A program made the position numbers and the translations under genes. Below are positions 42,891 through 57,093 of a DNA stretch of 64,000 nt, one piece after another. Source of the DNA: Nemertoderma westbladi (lineage: Eukaryota; Animalia; Xenacoelomorpha); NCBI GenBank assembly GCA_032718475.1, contig JAUCBJ010007107.1, positions 8,721 to 72,720 on the forward strand. Direction: 5' to 3'. Position 1 is the stretch's first letter. Every line of letters begins with the position of its first letter. The notes beneath the pieces were generated by a model. It made no database searches. It had not been told where the DNA came from and worked only from the letters and a program-made list of their open reading frames with translations.

Positions 42891-44197
42891 TTATTATTCA
42901 GAGTTTATGCGATTATTCGCAACATTCATATCCCCAAGTTTATTCCTACAGTAATTGTGTTTGTTATACATACCGTTATAGTTAAACTAACCCCGGTACT
43001 ACATCAGGGCTGCTCGGCGTAGGTAAAGACTGGAGATTTTGTGCTTTGGTCACTCCGGCAGATACCGTGGTTCTTTTAGCTGTTCAAGTATTTTTAACTA
43101 CTGATTATTTGTTGTACAAGTACTTGTACCTAATTTAGGGTTTAGTGTACAGTGCTTTCCGAAAGCAATTAGTGTGTAGGCAGTTTATTTGTGTTGTAAA
43201 GTGGTTAATAGGCACGTTGGTTCTGGTAGACCGCGGTAATTAATCTCTAGGTAGGAACACTCCGTGATACATAACGTAGTACCTATAGCGATACGGTTAT
43301 AGGTCGTCAGGCGGTGGTATTTTCCTATCTGGACAACGCAGTATATTTACTACTACTTATTATTTTCAAATACCGTAGTAACCTGTCCGTCGTAATAACC
43401 AGATATTCTAACCCTTTGTTAGGCTGGTTTGTAGATTCCCTGTAAAATTACCCTAAAAATTCGTATTTGTGTATTTGTAATTTTTGTGTTTATTTAGAGA
43501 TTGTAATCTCACCCAGATTGTACGTAATTTGTAGTAATAAGTAACTTAGGTAAATTAGAATTATTTGTTTTAGTGTCCAATAATTAGCACTTCACTGAGA
43601 GCGCACAGCTTTTGTGTAGTGATTAATTCCCAGAAATAATAACATCTATTTCAATATTGTAACAAAACCCCTCATACGGGTACATATAAATCCACTAAAT
43701 CTATTAATAAAATAGTAGGCCTGTTATACAACAACTAGGTCTCAATATCAGTTGGACTACTGCTTAAATAACGGTAATAAAGTAAGTTAAAGTAACCAAG
43801 TAACCCTAAAATGTTCAGAAATTCAATTATTCTAAAATAATTGACATACCAGTATTTACCATAGGCTTATTATATTTATTTCTATAAATTTGAGCTGAAA
43901 TCATACCGGTAATCTGTAATTAATTCTAGTCCATAATTATACTTATATATACTATCAGTGTAAGCTGTATACCGGTATTCACGATAGGCCTATTATATAT
44001 TTATATATATTTGTACTAAAATTATATACCGGTACTCTGTGACAAACCTAGTTTACAATACTTATATATACTATAAGTGTATACCGGTATTCTAATATAT
44101 TGTAATTAATTACCGGTACTAGGCTAACAGTGATACTGAATTACTAGACTTGCTTTGACTGTAATATAGCAGTAGGCATTCAACTGTACAATCAAAC

Positions 44198-47100
44198 ATG
44201 TCTGACACAAAACGGGCACTGTCAGATAGTTCGGATCCCCTTCTCATCCTTCCTGTAGCCGTACTCAAAAGGGTATTGATTGCGGTGGAGGAGCACCAGA
44301 TGGATTGGGCGAAAAGTGAGCGATCGACCAAGGATAGTTATGCGGGATACACGAAGGAGGAACTGAAGTCTATTGTCGAGACGCAATGGAATTTCCCCGG
44401 ACCCGGACTCCCGTTTAACTTATCGAAAGCTGGCTGGGAGGACTTATACAGGATGGGAGTGGTATGGAACACTAGGGATTCGGCTAGGTGGAAGGAGTCG
44501 GCAGCAGGATATGTACAGAGATTCTTCAGCTCTCTGTTGCGATTGGAGGAGCAGATGTTTCAGCGGCCTCACGGACCTCGGGAGCAGGAAGAGCTGTTTT
44601 ATCAAGTTCGCGAACGAGTTCTGTGGATCAGACTAATTCTTTCAGCCTATAAGAAAGTCTCAAGGATAAGCCAAGATACGTCGTTGCGGGTCGCCGTAAA
44701 GACTTGGTTCTGGCGAGTGAGTCTTAAAGTCCAAGAAACGACTCAATGGAAAGCTCTGCTAACCGAGCACATGACCCAAGGAGAATCAACAGACGCTGTC
44801 TTTTCTCAAGTGGAAGGCGAAGCGACGGCAGAGAAACCTCAGAAGAAGGACGCAAGCGTTACGTCATCTGATGAAGGCGATACCACTGATCCTGAAGGCG
44901 GAGGAAATAGATCTCGTTCCAACGGACGTAGAAGAATGCCTCACTGTCAGAAATTGCCTAATCTGCCCCCAGCTGGGAGAAGGCAACTAGCTCGCACAGA
45001 CTTAGGTAGTACAGAACCCACAGACCAAATTATTACAGTAGAAAGACTCCCTACTGTAGTAGATGAGCCTGAAATAATTAGGCCTGTTCTTGAAATCACC
45101 CCTTCGGTGATAGAGACACCTGTGCTCCCAGAACCTGCCTATAAATTCCCTTCGTACAGTACTAAACTACCTGTGCCCAGTAGGACTGTTCCCGAGTCCG
45201 AACCCGTCCTGGACGCCGAGCGAGATATCAAGAATTTATCGCCCGTCGTCTCTCGCTCGCCCGCTACTACTTTGGCGACTCCCGCTTCGGCGGTTGAGTG
45301 GGTAGCTGAGGGACGACGGGAGATGGGTCTCCTGCTCAAGCAGCTGAGGGAACACTGTTTGTGCTCCTCTCAGCAGGTCCAGGAAATGGAAGAGACTGTT
45401 CAGCAGCTCAAGGGAACAGTAAGGGAAAGTAGGTTAGAGTTGCAAAAGGTGCAGCAAAGTATCGCGTTAGAACGCGATAAATTAGTCAATTTACAAAAGG
45501 GTATACCACCACCCCCTGTAACAATGTGTCAACCCGTTAGGTCTGAAGTATCTCATGCGCAAGGTGTGGAGCCTACACGCATCTATACTGCTAGTGAAGT
45601 AGAAACTCCTATAGTAAACCCTATTCAGGGTGATTATAAACCTGTTGATAATAATATTCCATATAGACCTGATCATAATCCGAGAAACTTATATACCGAT
45701 AATTCTATATTCAATAATATGATGGCTCAAGAAAGTTTTACGCGTCAAATGGCTAGAACCGAAGCCCGTCAAGCGGTAAAGGTTGGAGAGATCGTCAAGT
45801 TCAATGGAGATGAGATGAAATGGTTACCTTTTAATGAATATTACAAAGATAACATACAGAATTCTGTGCTATCTAACGGAGAGAAACTCAGATACCTCAT
45901 CGAATGCTTGGAAGGACCTCCCAAGTTAATGGCGTTAAAATTTATTGGACATCCAGATGGCTTAAGACAAGTTTGGGATACATTAAACATCAGGTATGGT
46001 AATAGGACTAACATAGCTAGGTATTTAGGTATTTGGCGCCCCGAAAGTTTCTTAGCAGCGGGATTATAGAGTTTTCCGATGAGATTCAGGAGATCTGTAG
46101 ACAGCTAGATTGGTTAGGTAAGTCTCATGAATACCAGAACTCTATGGCTGTAGGAGCCTTAGCATCTACTTTACCAAAGGGTGGAGTAGGTACACGCTGG
46201 GACAAGAAAGTGTTATATATGATGGAACAACAACAACGAGACCCTACCATGGCTGATCTCATGTCATTCTTGGATGGCGAAGTGAAATTACAGCTCATAA
46301 AGCAGTCCAGAGAGAAAACACCGGAAAACAAGGTAAGTGAGAAACCCGTCTCTAGGAGAAAGGTAACACCAGTGTGTTATACAGACGACGGCGAAAGCCA
46401 GACTGCTCAAGGAGAGGATAGCGGGAAAGACACTGAAAGATCTTACTATGACAACAAAGCGACTAAGGACGTAAGTAAATTCAAGTCTCGAACCAATGAC
46501 AGGAGAGAACAGGTAAGAAAAACTCCTCCTACGTCTCCCAAGAGAATTCAGGTGAGAAAGCCCGAGGAAAGAACGAGCGTGCACCACACAGCACATGTTA
46601 AAGTAAGTAACATCAAGCCCAAATGTGTGTTGTGCGACGGGCCCCACCGTTTGAATATGTGTGGTAAATTCCTAAAGAAATCATTAAAGGATAGACGTGA
46701 AGTCATGTGGGATAAGCGGTTGTGTTATAATTGCCTCAGACGAGGACACCAACGGCGAACCTGTTACTCCGACGCAAGGTGTGCGAAGTGCGGCGCGAAA
46801 CATCATATTTTGTTGCACACCGAATTCGAAAGAAACAGCCCGAGTCAGGTAAGTGAGTCCAAACTACATGTCCAATTCAGTGATGTGAACGACACTGACC
46901 AAAGTTCTGAGATGGAAGGATTCTATACGGACGAATTCTCCGACCAAATTTCTGAAATGGAAGGATTCTATACGGACGAATTCTCCGACCAAATTTCTGA
47001 AATGGAAGGATTCTATACGGACGAATTCTCAGACGAAAACGAATCCTGTTACTTAATAAATACCGCAGTGTATCGAGCACTTACGTATGAGAAGGAAACC

Positions 47101-48144
47101 GACAGTGAGCTCCCCCTAACTACTTCTGACAGACAACCATCTTGGAAAGCGCCACCTTCCAATGTAGGAATCCGAGAATTTCCTGTAGTCCAGGTAAGGG
47201 TCCACGGACCTAAAAGGAGTTATGTAGTGAACACCCTCCTTGACTCCGGTAGTACAGGAACATTCATCGACAAAGAACTAGCCGAAGACATCTTTGCTGG
47301 CCAACCCAAGTTCCGAACTAAGCTAAACATGTCAGGAATTATGCCGGTTTGGAAATCTACAGTAACAGCGGATTATTATGTAGGTGCGTTGTCCACCCCC
47401 CAGGACGAACTAGGAGAACATAGCATAAGGTCAGTGAAAATGGTGGCAATAAAGAACTTCGCGACCAGCCAAGTGGAACCTTATAACTGGGATGAGGACG
47501 ATTTCACCCAGCAGCTTGAAATACCTAGATTCAACACCGATTACCCTGGAGTCCAAATACTCATCGGTCAAAATGCGCATGAAGCGCTCGAGACATTGGA
47601 GAAACGGCCTGCTCAACCGCAACCACTACAAGTCTATGCGGGAAGAACTAGAGTAGGTTGGTACTTTACTGGCCCTTCTCGTAGAACTCTTATAGAAAGA
47701 TTACCAAAAGAACAGGTATATCAATTAAGTGAACGGGAAGTGGAGAGCAGTGAAGTTGACGACCCAACTGAGGGAACACCATACTCCTCAGATAATGACG
47801 ACATCAACTCCAATGTAGATCAATGGAGACATTGCCCCGAGACGATCAATCTAGCCGACATCGCCTCCAGAGGAGCAACTCCTCAAGAACTGATAGATAC
47901 TCCAGCGTGGTTAGGTGGACCCGACTTCCTAAGTAAAGAAGATGAATGGCCTCCTCATCTTACCCCGGCTAAGATTAGACAAGCCAATGGAGCGGAGAAA
48001 GTAACACAACCACTCAATCGCCCAGCTGGTCGTTTATGTTTACTGGAAAGAGACCGAAAACTGTCCGGAAACTATGGAAGGCAAGATACTCTTCCCACGA
48101 CCACTTCCCTAATCCGACAAATATCTAGGGACTCCATAACGTAA
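44198..48144 (+). CDS. Element 2 gag-protease (frameshift at ~46030-46069); RT, RNase H and integrase deleted
   Basis: gag core 'FNGDEMKWLPF...EKLRYLIECL'; knuckles CVLCDGPHRLNMC, CYNCLRRGHQRRTC, CAKCGAKHHILLH; protease 'LLDSGST'; then only 'QWRHCPETINLADIASRG' and 'NRPAGRLCLLE' stubs. Confidence 0.88.
46897..47036 (+). repeat. 45-bp coding tandem repeat x3 (QISEMEGFYTDEFSD)
   Basis: Seen directly in the DNA and the translation. Confidence 0.9.
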
Positions 48145-49786
48145 CAACATATGGAGCGGGTGTGTGACTATATTATTTATATTTGTTTTTTATTATTTTA
48201 TATTATGTATGTATTATTATGTAATTTTATTATAATCGTTTTCTTTAATTTTATTTAGTAGAATGTTATTTTATCGATTATTTAGTAGATTAGTGCAATA
48301 TATTCGCGTTTATTAGTTAATTATGTATATTATATTTAGTGCGACGGCGAGAAATAATTATTTTTCTCTTTCCTTACTGTCCGTATCATATTATAAATAC
48401 GTGACTACAGTAAGATGAAATATCCGTACTTATTAAAGTACAATAAAGCCACTACTATATTTAAGTATTATTGGTAGGCAGAGTATTAGGAATGCAAAGT
48501 TCAGATCCTCGTGTCTCGGCTAAACCAAGCTCTGGGTAGACCTTGGAAACGACTTGCCTCTTCACACTGACATTGCTTCGTGCGATATTGCTCTCATACC
48601 GTATATTAAATAATACATATAGTAGCGTGATGTATCTTTAACAGTAGCGTACAACGCAAATAAATCTGTTAAACCCTTTGACCATCTGCAATTCTAGTCG
48701 ATTAAGATATCGCGGCACCCACCGATATACTTGAAAGACAAAATTCTATAATCAGTGGTTAACGTCCCCAGACAAGTTCTGGAATAAACTGGTGCCCATC
48801 CTAAATATTAATTATTAATATTTACAAAATCTGTCAAATATCAGATCCTTTAAAATTCTAGTCGATTAAGATATCGTAGCACTTACCGATACTCTTAAAA
48901 GGACAAAATTCCTAGAATCAAGGATCCAAGTCCCCAGACACGTTCTGGAATAAAATTGTGTCTATTTAACATTAAATAATAAAATTTACGGGAATAAATT
49001 TAAATTCAGATATTTCAATGAATTTAATAAATTGTCATTTTATACAATTTATAACATTCCCAAAATTCCATTAATTAATAGATCATGGGAGCGGAGATTC
49101 ACTCTATTAAGTGTATCAGTGTGCGAGAATCTCCAATGTATAGTCAATAGCCGATAAAATTCATAGAATCATGTGTAAAGGGGATATTGACAATTAAAGA
49201 ATTACTATTAAATAGCATCCCAGATCTGTATGCATGAGAATTACCCTAATTCTACCGCTAGCTTTCCATAATGTCACCATGGCAACAACCACGCTAGAAT
49301 TAGAAGTGAGTTAAAAGAACAATAACAGGCTTGCCCATTGAATAGCATACGGAATAAATAGCACACCGCTAGTATCTAAAGATACATAATAACAAGGTGA
49401 CATTCTGGAAGGCACTTGACTAATGGACAAATGACCCGAATGTGTGATAGAATGTGTACAATTTGTGACAGTTATGTGGAATTTGTGCGTTTGTAGGTGA
49501 ATGTTACTACTTAGGTGTGTTTACAGTAGCGAGTCGCAATTGTGAAAGTAACCCTAACTCTCCAGTAAGAACCTGAAGTATATCTAAGCCTTTGGGACGG
49601 ACGGTGGAGTGGCTCGTGCTGGTTGTTGTGGTCGTTGTGCAGCTACTACGTTGGCGATAGAAACAGCGGCGACAGTACATCAGCGCTGAGGATCTCGCAC
49701 TGTCCGGGGGCAGAGAGGGGTAGGCCGCGACGCCCGCTCGCCTAAATATAAACTCATTATAATATGGATAAACTTATATAGCAGAT

Positions 49787-51311
49787 ATGATTGAGTTGAT
49801 AGAAGATGAGCTTGGTATCAGGGAGCGATATACTCTACCTTTACAAGCGTTTGTTGATAGCTTGATACGCGGCGACGCTGGTCCAACTACTACGGAGGAC
49901 GATGGTCGTTATATCTAACCGCCAATCTCCCGGGAGCAACTTGCGCGTGGGTTGGACTGTAGAAAATTTACCGCTCGCTATACGCATCGTAATGGTATGT
50001 ATATGGACTTCTTAACTACTGGTCATCCTATCGACCTACACGATACGAACGATATAGACACCAAAAGGGAAATGGTTTTATTTAAATATCATACCCAGCG
50101 GAAGCGGAACGATAAAATGAGACTCGAACACGAAAATTCTATTCGAAACCGACTTGAAAGGAAGATGTTGAAGAGCCGGATAAACGCAGCGACTTCACCA
50201 AAATATCTGGAATTCTTGAGAGAAGCCTATCTTGATATTACCAGTCAACAGAACCTAGAGACTCGATATCCTCAAGGTATACATCATGACCGCATGGTAG
50301 AACTCAAACAGCTCTATTCCACTATGATGTATCTTACCGTCGATCGACCGCTACCTGTTGTACCGGATAGCTTCGAACGGATGGAGGAATATTGTAAGCT
50401 GGAGAAAGATCACTCGCGTTTCCCCTATAAGACGTGCGTCTTTGGTATTATTGAGATGAATGCCCTAGACCCAACCAACAAACGGAAAGATATAAACATC
50501 CGCGGAGACGTTGCGCTAAACACGGTTTTACTCGCTATACTTACGGGAGTTTCGAGCGAAACTTGTTCGATGTATCACCTACGCTCGCTCGGCTCAAACG
50601 ATCCTTAAATAAACCTATGATCAGAGTTCCGGAATACTCGATCAGACCTCCTCATTCCCTAGTGAGACCTCAAGCTCTTGATCTTAATAGTATGACGGAT
50701 CCTCCTGAACTGTATTCATTGTTTAAAGATCTAGTGTTACCCGAGCAATTAGTCGGTGGCACTCCGGTTGTGGGCTCCCTAAATATCCGCCCATCTTACC
50801 TGGCCGGATTGGGGCACGGACACCTGATATCGCCATTCAACCGTATAATCGTAATCGTCCCCGTTTAACACGATACAACCGTCATCAAGGTGGAGGAGAG
50901 CGTTGTATGAAACGAGTTAAACGCTATTCTACAAAGATCAGAAAAGAAACCTACGTTTGTTCAGATAAACTTAAATTATAACGGCAAGTCCAAGCGGTAA
51001 ACGGATTGGCTTTATCCCAGTTCGATTGGGAAATCCCGAATCTCTAAGACGATATTGAGCTTGGATGACCCTATTCTCGGCGAGAGTTTGGACGAACGTA
51101 TCCAACGATGAGCGGAGGAAAATCAGCTCGAGGAGAAGCATATCGAAACGGCGGATACCCCGACCATAATCCTACACCTTATGATGCAATCACATTGCAC
51201 CCTTCACCCAGGAGTTATGGCCCTCCTAGTAAAGTGGCTCCCCCCAAAGAGAAAAGGACTCTTGCTAGCTTTAAAAAACTGCGTAAACGCCGTCCACGCA
51301 AGACAGACTAA
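49787..51311 (+). pseudogene. Decayed ORF2 homologue of element 2
   Basis: 'ETRYP...LYSTMMYLTVDRPLPVVPDSFERMEEY' aligns by eye to element 1 ORF2 'RTRYP...LYHMNMYLRHEEPLPAVRDQFDGMHLY'. Contains a stop and frameshifts; basic C-terminus. Confidence 0.75.
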
Positions 51312-51389
51312 CTGTTTAGAGTATTTTTATATTTTAGAAACTGTGATTTTTTATATTTTATAGAATTAAATCCCATTTTCTGGGAGCGG

Positions 51390-52597
51390 TGTAAAAGCTT
51401 TTGCGGGATATAACTGGCCCTTTTGCTTCGCAATCCAGTTTCCCTTAATGCGCTCAAATACTCTAAAGAAAAACTCCCTAACTCAAAGGATGAAAGCTAC
51501 CGGCTGATTGGCTGATTTGCCTAGCGACGGCCTCTTTGTTGGGTTCGATCAACCAACCAGAGCAAGGTCAACCAAGCAGAGCGATTCAGCCTTATGTTGG
51601 CTAAATCAATGTAATTGGCTGCAAAGGCTAGGGTGGTTTGGCATTTTAGACGATTTGGAACCTGTGGAATATGGAACTCTGCCAATGAGAGCTTTTCCTT
51701 TCTGTGTTGAAATCTACCTGCAGCAGCTCACAGGGTTCAGTGTGTTGGTTTTCCTGATGCCATGAACATCGGCCATGGAATTATTCTGAATTATTCCAAC
51801 ATTAGAACGTCTTTAATTATAAGATCACATAACTGTTATCGGTACTACGGTACATGACCAGCACTGGACAGCGTGAGGACCGGTACGGTACCTGCTGCTG
51901 TATTGCACATTATTTACTGCTATTTGCTGTTTGTTATTAAATGTATCATTCGTTTGCATATTGTTATTTGGAGAATAACTATAAACGATCAGAAACCCCG
52001 ATCTTCTTGATACACTAAGGTTAGAGAGACCGGCTACATATAGCAATTGCGGCTTATATTATCGTGGTTTGTAGTGTGTAGTGAATTGAATGCTATTTTA
52101 TAGGCCCTACAAATGCCGGTTGCTATTCTCTTTATATATGATTAAAATCAGTGACTATCGGCAATTCAGTGTGCAGCGGTGTGCAATAGTCTGTATGTGC
52201 TTGTCCGCGTAACAAAGCATCTCCTAAAGAATGCGTCTTATGTGTAACTTATAATCCATTCGTTGTGTTTAGTGTAAGCCATAGCTCTGTTTATATAGAT
52301 AGAGCGCCACGTCCTAAAGGAACTGCTAATATTTCCCGAAAGTGAATAATATTTGTCAGAGATTATATATTAACGATCAATCGAATAGTACGGTAGGCCT
52401 GCACCGCAATCAAATTAAAGCATCCGAATCCAGTCTCCCGGGTATATCCAGCGGGTGAATGGTCGCGCATAGACTGGCTTCGGCTAATGTTGGATTTATT
52501 TGTGTCAAATACTTGTCATAGGCTAAAGTCGATTTATAACCTAGAAGACATATAGATTTGGCGGGTTAAACTGCCAAAGGTCTTAAAAGCGCGAACA
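51390..52597 (+). repeat. LTR c (3' LTR) of element 2
   Basis: Preceded by GGGAGCGG, followed by the TSD ACTTT. Confidence 0.95.
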
Positions 52598-54583
52598 ACT
52601 TTTCTGGGCAGCTGGGTAGACTATGGTAGTGGGTTCCTGATCTTAGAATGCCGGTCAGCTGGTTAGTCCGCATAACTTCCATTGTTGCAGTTGCCGAGTC
52701 GATGGATGGTTGGTAGTGTGGTAGGCCTATTGCTATTGTTGTATTGGCAGATTGGTATGTACATCTACATCTGATTATACCAGTTGCCGGTGCCATCGGT
52801 CGTACCAATACATAGTCTTTAATTAACATATTTAACCGTTAACAAGAGTAGAAACCGCAAACGAAGAAATTCATTTTCTTCCGTCGCTGACAGGAGCATA
52901 GAAATGCGGTATACAGGTATAGTGCTGTCGTCGTTCAGTACCTACCGTGTACCGGTACCGTACCGGTAGTTCTGTAGTTGGCAGTTGCCACCAGTCCGGT
53001 TCTACAGTCTGAAGGTAGTAGGGCGGTACGGCGCCATCGGACCCTCTAATCTAATTCAGGACCGCAATCTCCGGAGTCTGCACTGCAGTGCATAACATGC
53101 TGGCATGGCTAATTAGGGCCTACAGAATTAGCCTGTTCTGTACCAGTATACCTGTATACGTGATCTATAATCACTGCACCGGTACCGCGGTATCAGTCAG
53201 CCAGTACCGTAAAACACCGAATACAGTATGGTATTGCAGTATTGCTGTATTGTCTGATTGCAGGATTCCTGATTCAGGGATTGACATTGTACCGGTACAG
53301 GCAGACAGGACACAAAGGTATTACTGCAGTACTGTAATTTCATAATTTGCTAGAAACCCTGCTGATTTAGTCTCCTAGCAACCTGCTGATGTCAAGCGTT
53401 ATAATTTTGGATAAATAAATTTATTATAACTGTGCTATTAACACTGGTGCTGCACGAAGGCCCCAAGCAAATTCAACTTTGAAAATTTCTAAACTTTTGA
53501 CGGACTATTTGTGTACCAAGTTTGGTTACATTTCATCGAGGATTGATCGAGTTATTAACGTTCAAAATTGAACACCACAAAAAAAGCGACAGAACGACAG
53601 GTTGATTAATGGTACCCCTACGCTAAGGCTCACTCACTTCGGGGCTCGCCCCACAGGTTGATTAATGGTACCCCTACGCTAAGGCTCACTCACATAATTC
53701 TTGCAATCTTTGAACGTCCGTATCTCAGCTGTTTCTCAACGAAATTCAACAAAAATCGAATTGCATTTGGAATCCTTGCAAAGCAAGCTTTCTAATGGTA
53801 TGAAAAATTCACTAATGATTATCAATGAGATTAATTAATGTGAAGTATGGCGACGATAGGAGATGTGCAATTTCGCAAAAGACACTTTTTTAAAACGCAT
53901 ATTAAACAAATTTACAGGCAAAATCGAAAATGCCGGCTTCATGTGGACATCGACGGTGAGTGGAACTAGTTGTTCAAGCAATATGATAAAGACTAGTAGA
54001 AAAAGTTTGGGGGGGGGGGGGGGGGCGTGTCATCATAAAATGACACTATATTACGGGTCATGGTGTAATTGTTAGGGAAAATCGGTAGTTTCACCAGGAA
54101 AACGCTACTAGGAAAAGTTATATGGAAAGAGTATTGGGTGGAATGTAGGGTTACCCCTCGGTTCGGATGGTTCATCCACCACGAAACGCGGACCAGTACG
54201 ATAAAAATCGTGGAGATCAGAAGCATCCCCCCATTCATCTGTAGTCTGAATCTATAGCTTTACTACTAATACTATAGGTGGAGCTTTTCTAGCGTCGCGA
54301 TCTTCGCGAATGTTCTAGAAGAAAATATGTTAGTTCTCTCTAGAACTAACATATTTGGTATATCTCCACCCCCCCCCCCCCCCCCCCCCCCCCCTGTCTC
54401 GGATAGTTTCTCAGAACATTACAGTTTCACTAGTTTTAGGCGAAATTCAGTTTGAGGCAGTGATGGGGAATCAGTGAATGAGGCACAAATAGCTGGACCA
54501 CTAAGCGGGAATTGAATAAAGTCAGAATCAGACATGGAAACAAATAAATGTACATTAAGGTGAGCAGAATTTTATGGCATTAA

Positions 54584-56150
54584 CCCTATTAAACCCGGGG
54601 GGGGGGGGTCAATATGACCCCCCCCGTGGTTTTTTTATTATAATTCTGAAACAAACGCAGTTGGGAATCTGAAATTTTATGACTTTTCCTAAAAATCTAT
54701 TGTCTTCCTAGTAGTGAAAACCGTTTTCAAAAATATTGGGTACTTTTCGAGTTATAGCACCATTTTTTAACCCTACTTTTGGCACTTTTTTTGAGACGTT
54801 TTTTGAAAATTACATTTCATTAAATATGAATTGTAACATCTCTATTTTTGATTTACACAGGTTTTTTGGTGTTAGAAAAGTGATGGAATTCATATAAATT
54901 GATTTAGAAATTTCAAACTTGTTTTTTTCGGTCGGTGCCTAATTTTGGTGCCAGCACCAAATTTTGAAATAAGTCAATTTTGTAAATTGATCGTTTGAAA
55001 CTTGTTTTTTACGCAATTGGGGTTTTTTGGGTTTCTGGATTCGATGAAATATATACGAGTTGCACCAAGCGTATCAAACTTGTATTTTTCGGTGCTGTGT
55101 GCAAATTTTGGTGCTAGCACGAAATTTTGAAAATCCATTCAATAGATAAAATTGCTTGTGACTATTTATTTCTTGCGTTTTAGTGGTTTATGGCTGTTCT
55201 GAATTCAATGGAAAATATAATTATCGAACTAGACATCTCAAACTTGTATTTTTCGGATGTGGGTGCAAAATGTGGTGCTAGCACCAAATTTTGAAAACCA
55301 TCAAATATATCAATTGATTGTGTCACATTGTTTCTTGCGTTATACGGGTTTGTGATGGTTCTGAATTCAATGGAATCAGTAAAAATTTCATAAGAGTTCT
55401 CAAACTTTCATTTTTCGCCGGTGGGTGAAAATTGTTGTGCCAGCACCAAATTTTGGAAAATATGCAAATTGATAAGTAGATAGTATCACCTTGTTTCTTG
55501 CGTTATACGGGTTTATGGGGGTCCTGAATCCGATGGAATCAATAAAAACAGCACTGAACATCGCAAACTTGTACTTTTTGTTGATGGGTACGAAATTTGG
55601 TGCTAGCACCAAAATTTGCCAAATTACGCCGAAAAATACAAGTAGCAATGATCTGGCATATTAGAAATGTATTCCATTAGAATCAGCGCCCTCGAAAACC
55701 TGAAAATGTGAATTTATAGCATCGTATAAGTGAATTAAAAATTTTGTGTTCTAACTGAAAAGTGCTGGTTACTTGTTTTTTTCATTTTTTTACTACGCAG
55801 AGAGGACTAAACAGCTATTTATAGTAATCAAATCATTTTTAAATATTTTCCAATGTATTATGCACCCCAGAAAACAGGTATTGAAAAATAATTAGCCGAA
55901 TATGTAACTTTCAAATTTGGTGAAAATTGTTCACTACTTGTAATTTTGGTGCTGCAATATAACCACCCCAGTACATTTTTTCGAAAATTTTTTTTTTCGG
56001 TCGGATCCAGACAAGTGATACCTACGTACAAACAAAAAATCAGACGTTTTCGTAAATATTTGTAGATTTTAGAGGGGGGGGGGGGGGGGGGTCAATATGA
56101 CCCCCCCCCCCGGTATTTGTACAACATTTTATAGCCCGGTACTAATAGGG
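54584..56150. mobile_element. piggyBac-type non-autonomous element
   Basis: TTAA TSD, CCCTATTA...TAATAGGG termini, internal repeats with GGTGCTAGCACC. Inverted sister copy at 61009-62560. Confidence 0.9.
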
Positions 56151-56504
56151 TTAATGGGAAGCAACATAGGGCAAATATATGAGTCGCCATGCTGTCCTAT
56201 CAAGGTGATAAACACAGTTTTCAGCATATTATTTTAATGAGAAATAATACTGTAGGCCTATATTTGGAAATTAACATAGGCCTATGGTTGAATTTGAATC
56301 GAAGTCTATGAAGTACTGTATAAATCAGTGTTAGCTACAGAAAAAACAATTTTACAGTAGTATAAAAAGATATAAAAAAAGTAAAAAAAAAATATATGAA
56401 AATATTCTTATGAGAATAAAAAAATTGAGAGCTACCATAATATAAACCAGTTGCGAAAAAATGTCATAAACTTCACAGATAAAAATATAACACAATAATT
56501 ATTT

Positions 56505-56636
56505 ATTACATGGGAAAAATACTAGAATTTTTTTCACTTTTCTCGAGGCATTTTATTTACCGAGCGTCAGCGAGGTTAATAAAGGTTCGAGAGAATATTG
56601 AAAAAAATATGTTCTACGTTTTTTTCCCATGTAATA
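56505..56636. repeat. Short palindromic element
   Basis: TATTACATGGGAAAAA... / ...TTTTTCCCATGTAATA arms around a CGAGCGTCAGCGAGG centre. Confidence 0.55.
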
Positions 56637-56682
56637 CGTAATTTTATTCTTAATTGGTACTTGTTTAATTGGTATTGCTTAA

Positions 56683-57093
56683 GCACCATTTTCGTTAGGA
56701 AAAGTTGTTTAAAAATTTTCAAAAGTTATATATAAAATTTTCAAAAGTTGTATTAAAAGCTATATAAAAATTCCAAAATGTTTTATAAAATTCCTAAAAG
56801 TAATATATAAATTCATAAAAGTTATATAAAAATTAATAAAAGTTATATAGAATGTCAAGAGAATATTCTAGAACACATAATAATAGTAGGCCTATAACAT
56901 GTAAACTTCTTAAACCTTTAAATATACAGTAGCTTTTCGAAATTTTTATATAACTTTTAGGAATTTTTATATAACTTTTGCGAATTTTTATATAATTTTT
57001 GGAAATTTGTATATGGCTTTTAATTCAACTTTTGGAAATTTTATATATAACTTTTGAGAATTTTTATACAACTTTTGCTAACGAAAATGGTGC
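56683..57093. mobile_element. Foldback MITE with TAA TSD (PIF/Harbinger-like)
   Basis: TIR GCACCATTTTCGTTAG / CTAACGAAAATGGTGC with TAA on both sides; arms built from ~21-bp AT-rich units. Confidence 0.7.

Larger units (their letters stand above)
38070..52597 (+). mobile_element. Non-autonomous BEL/Pao LTR retrotransposon (element 2) with three LTRs
   Basis: TG...CA ends, 5-bp TSD ACTTT (38065-38069, 52598-52602), BEL-type gag/protease ORFs. Confidence 0.93.
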
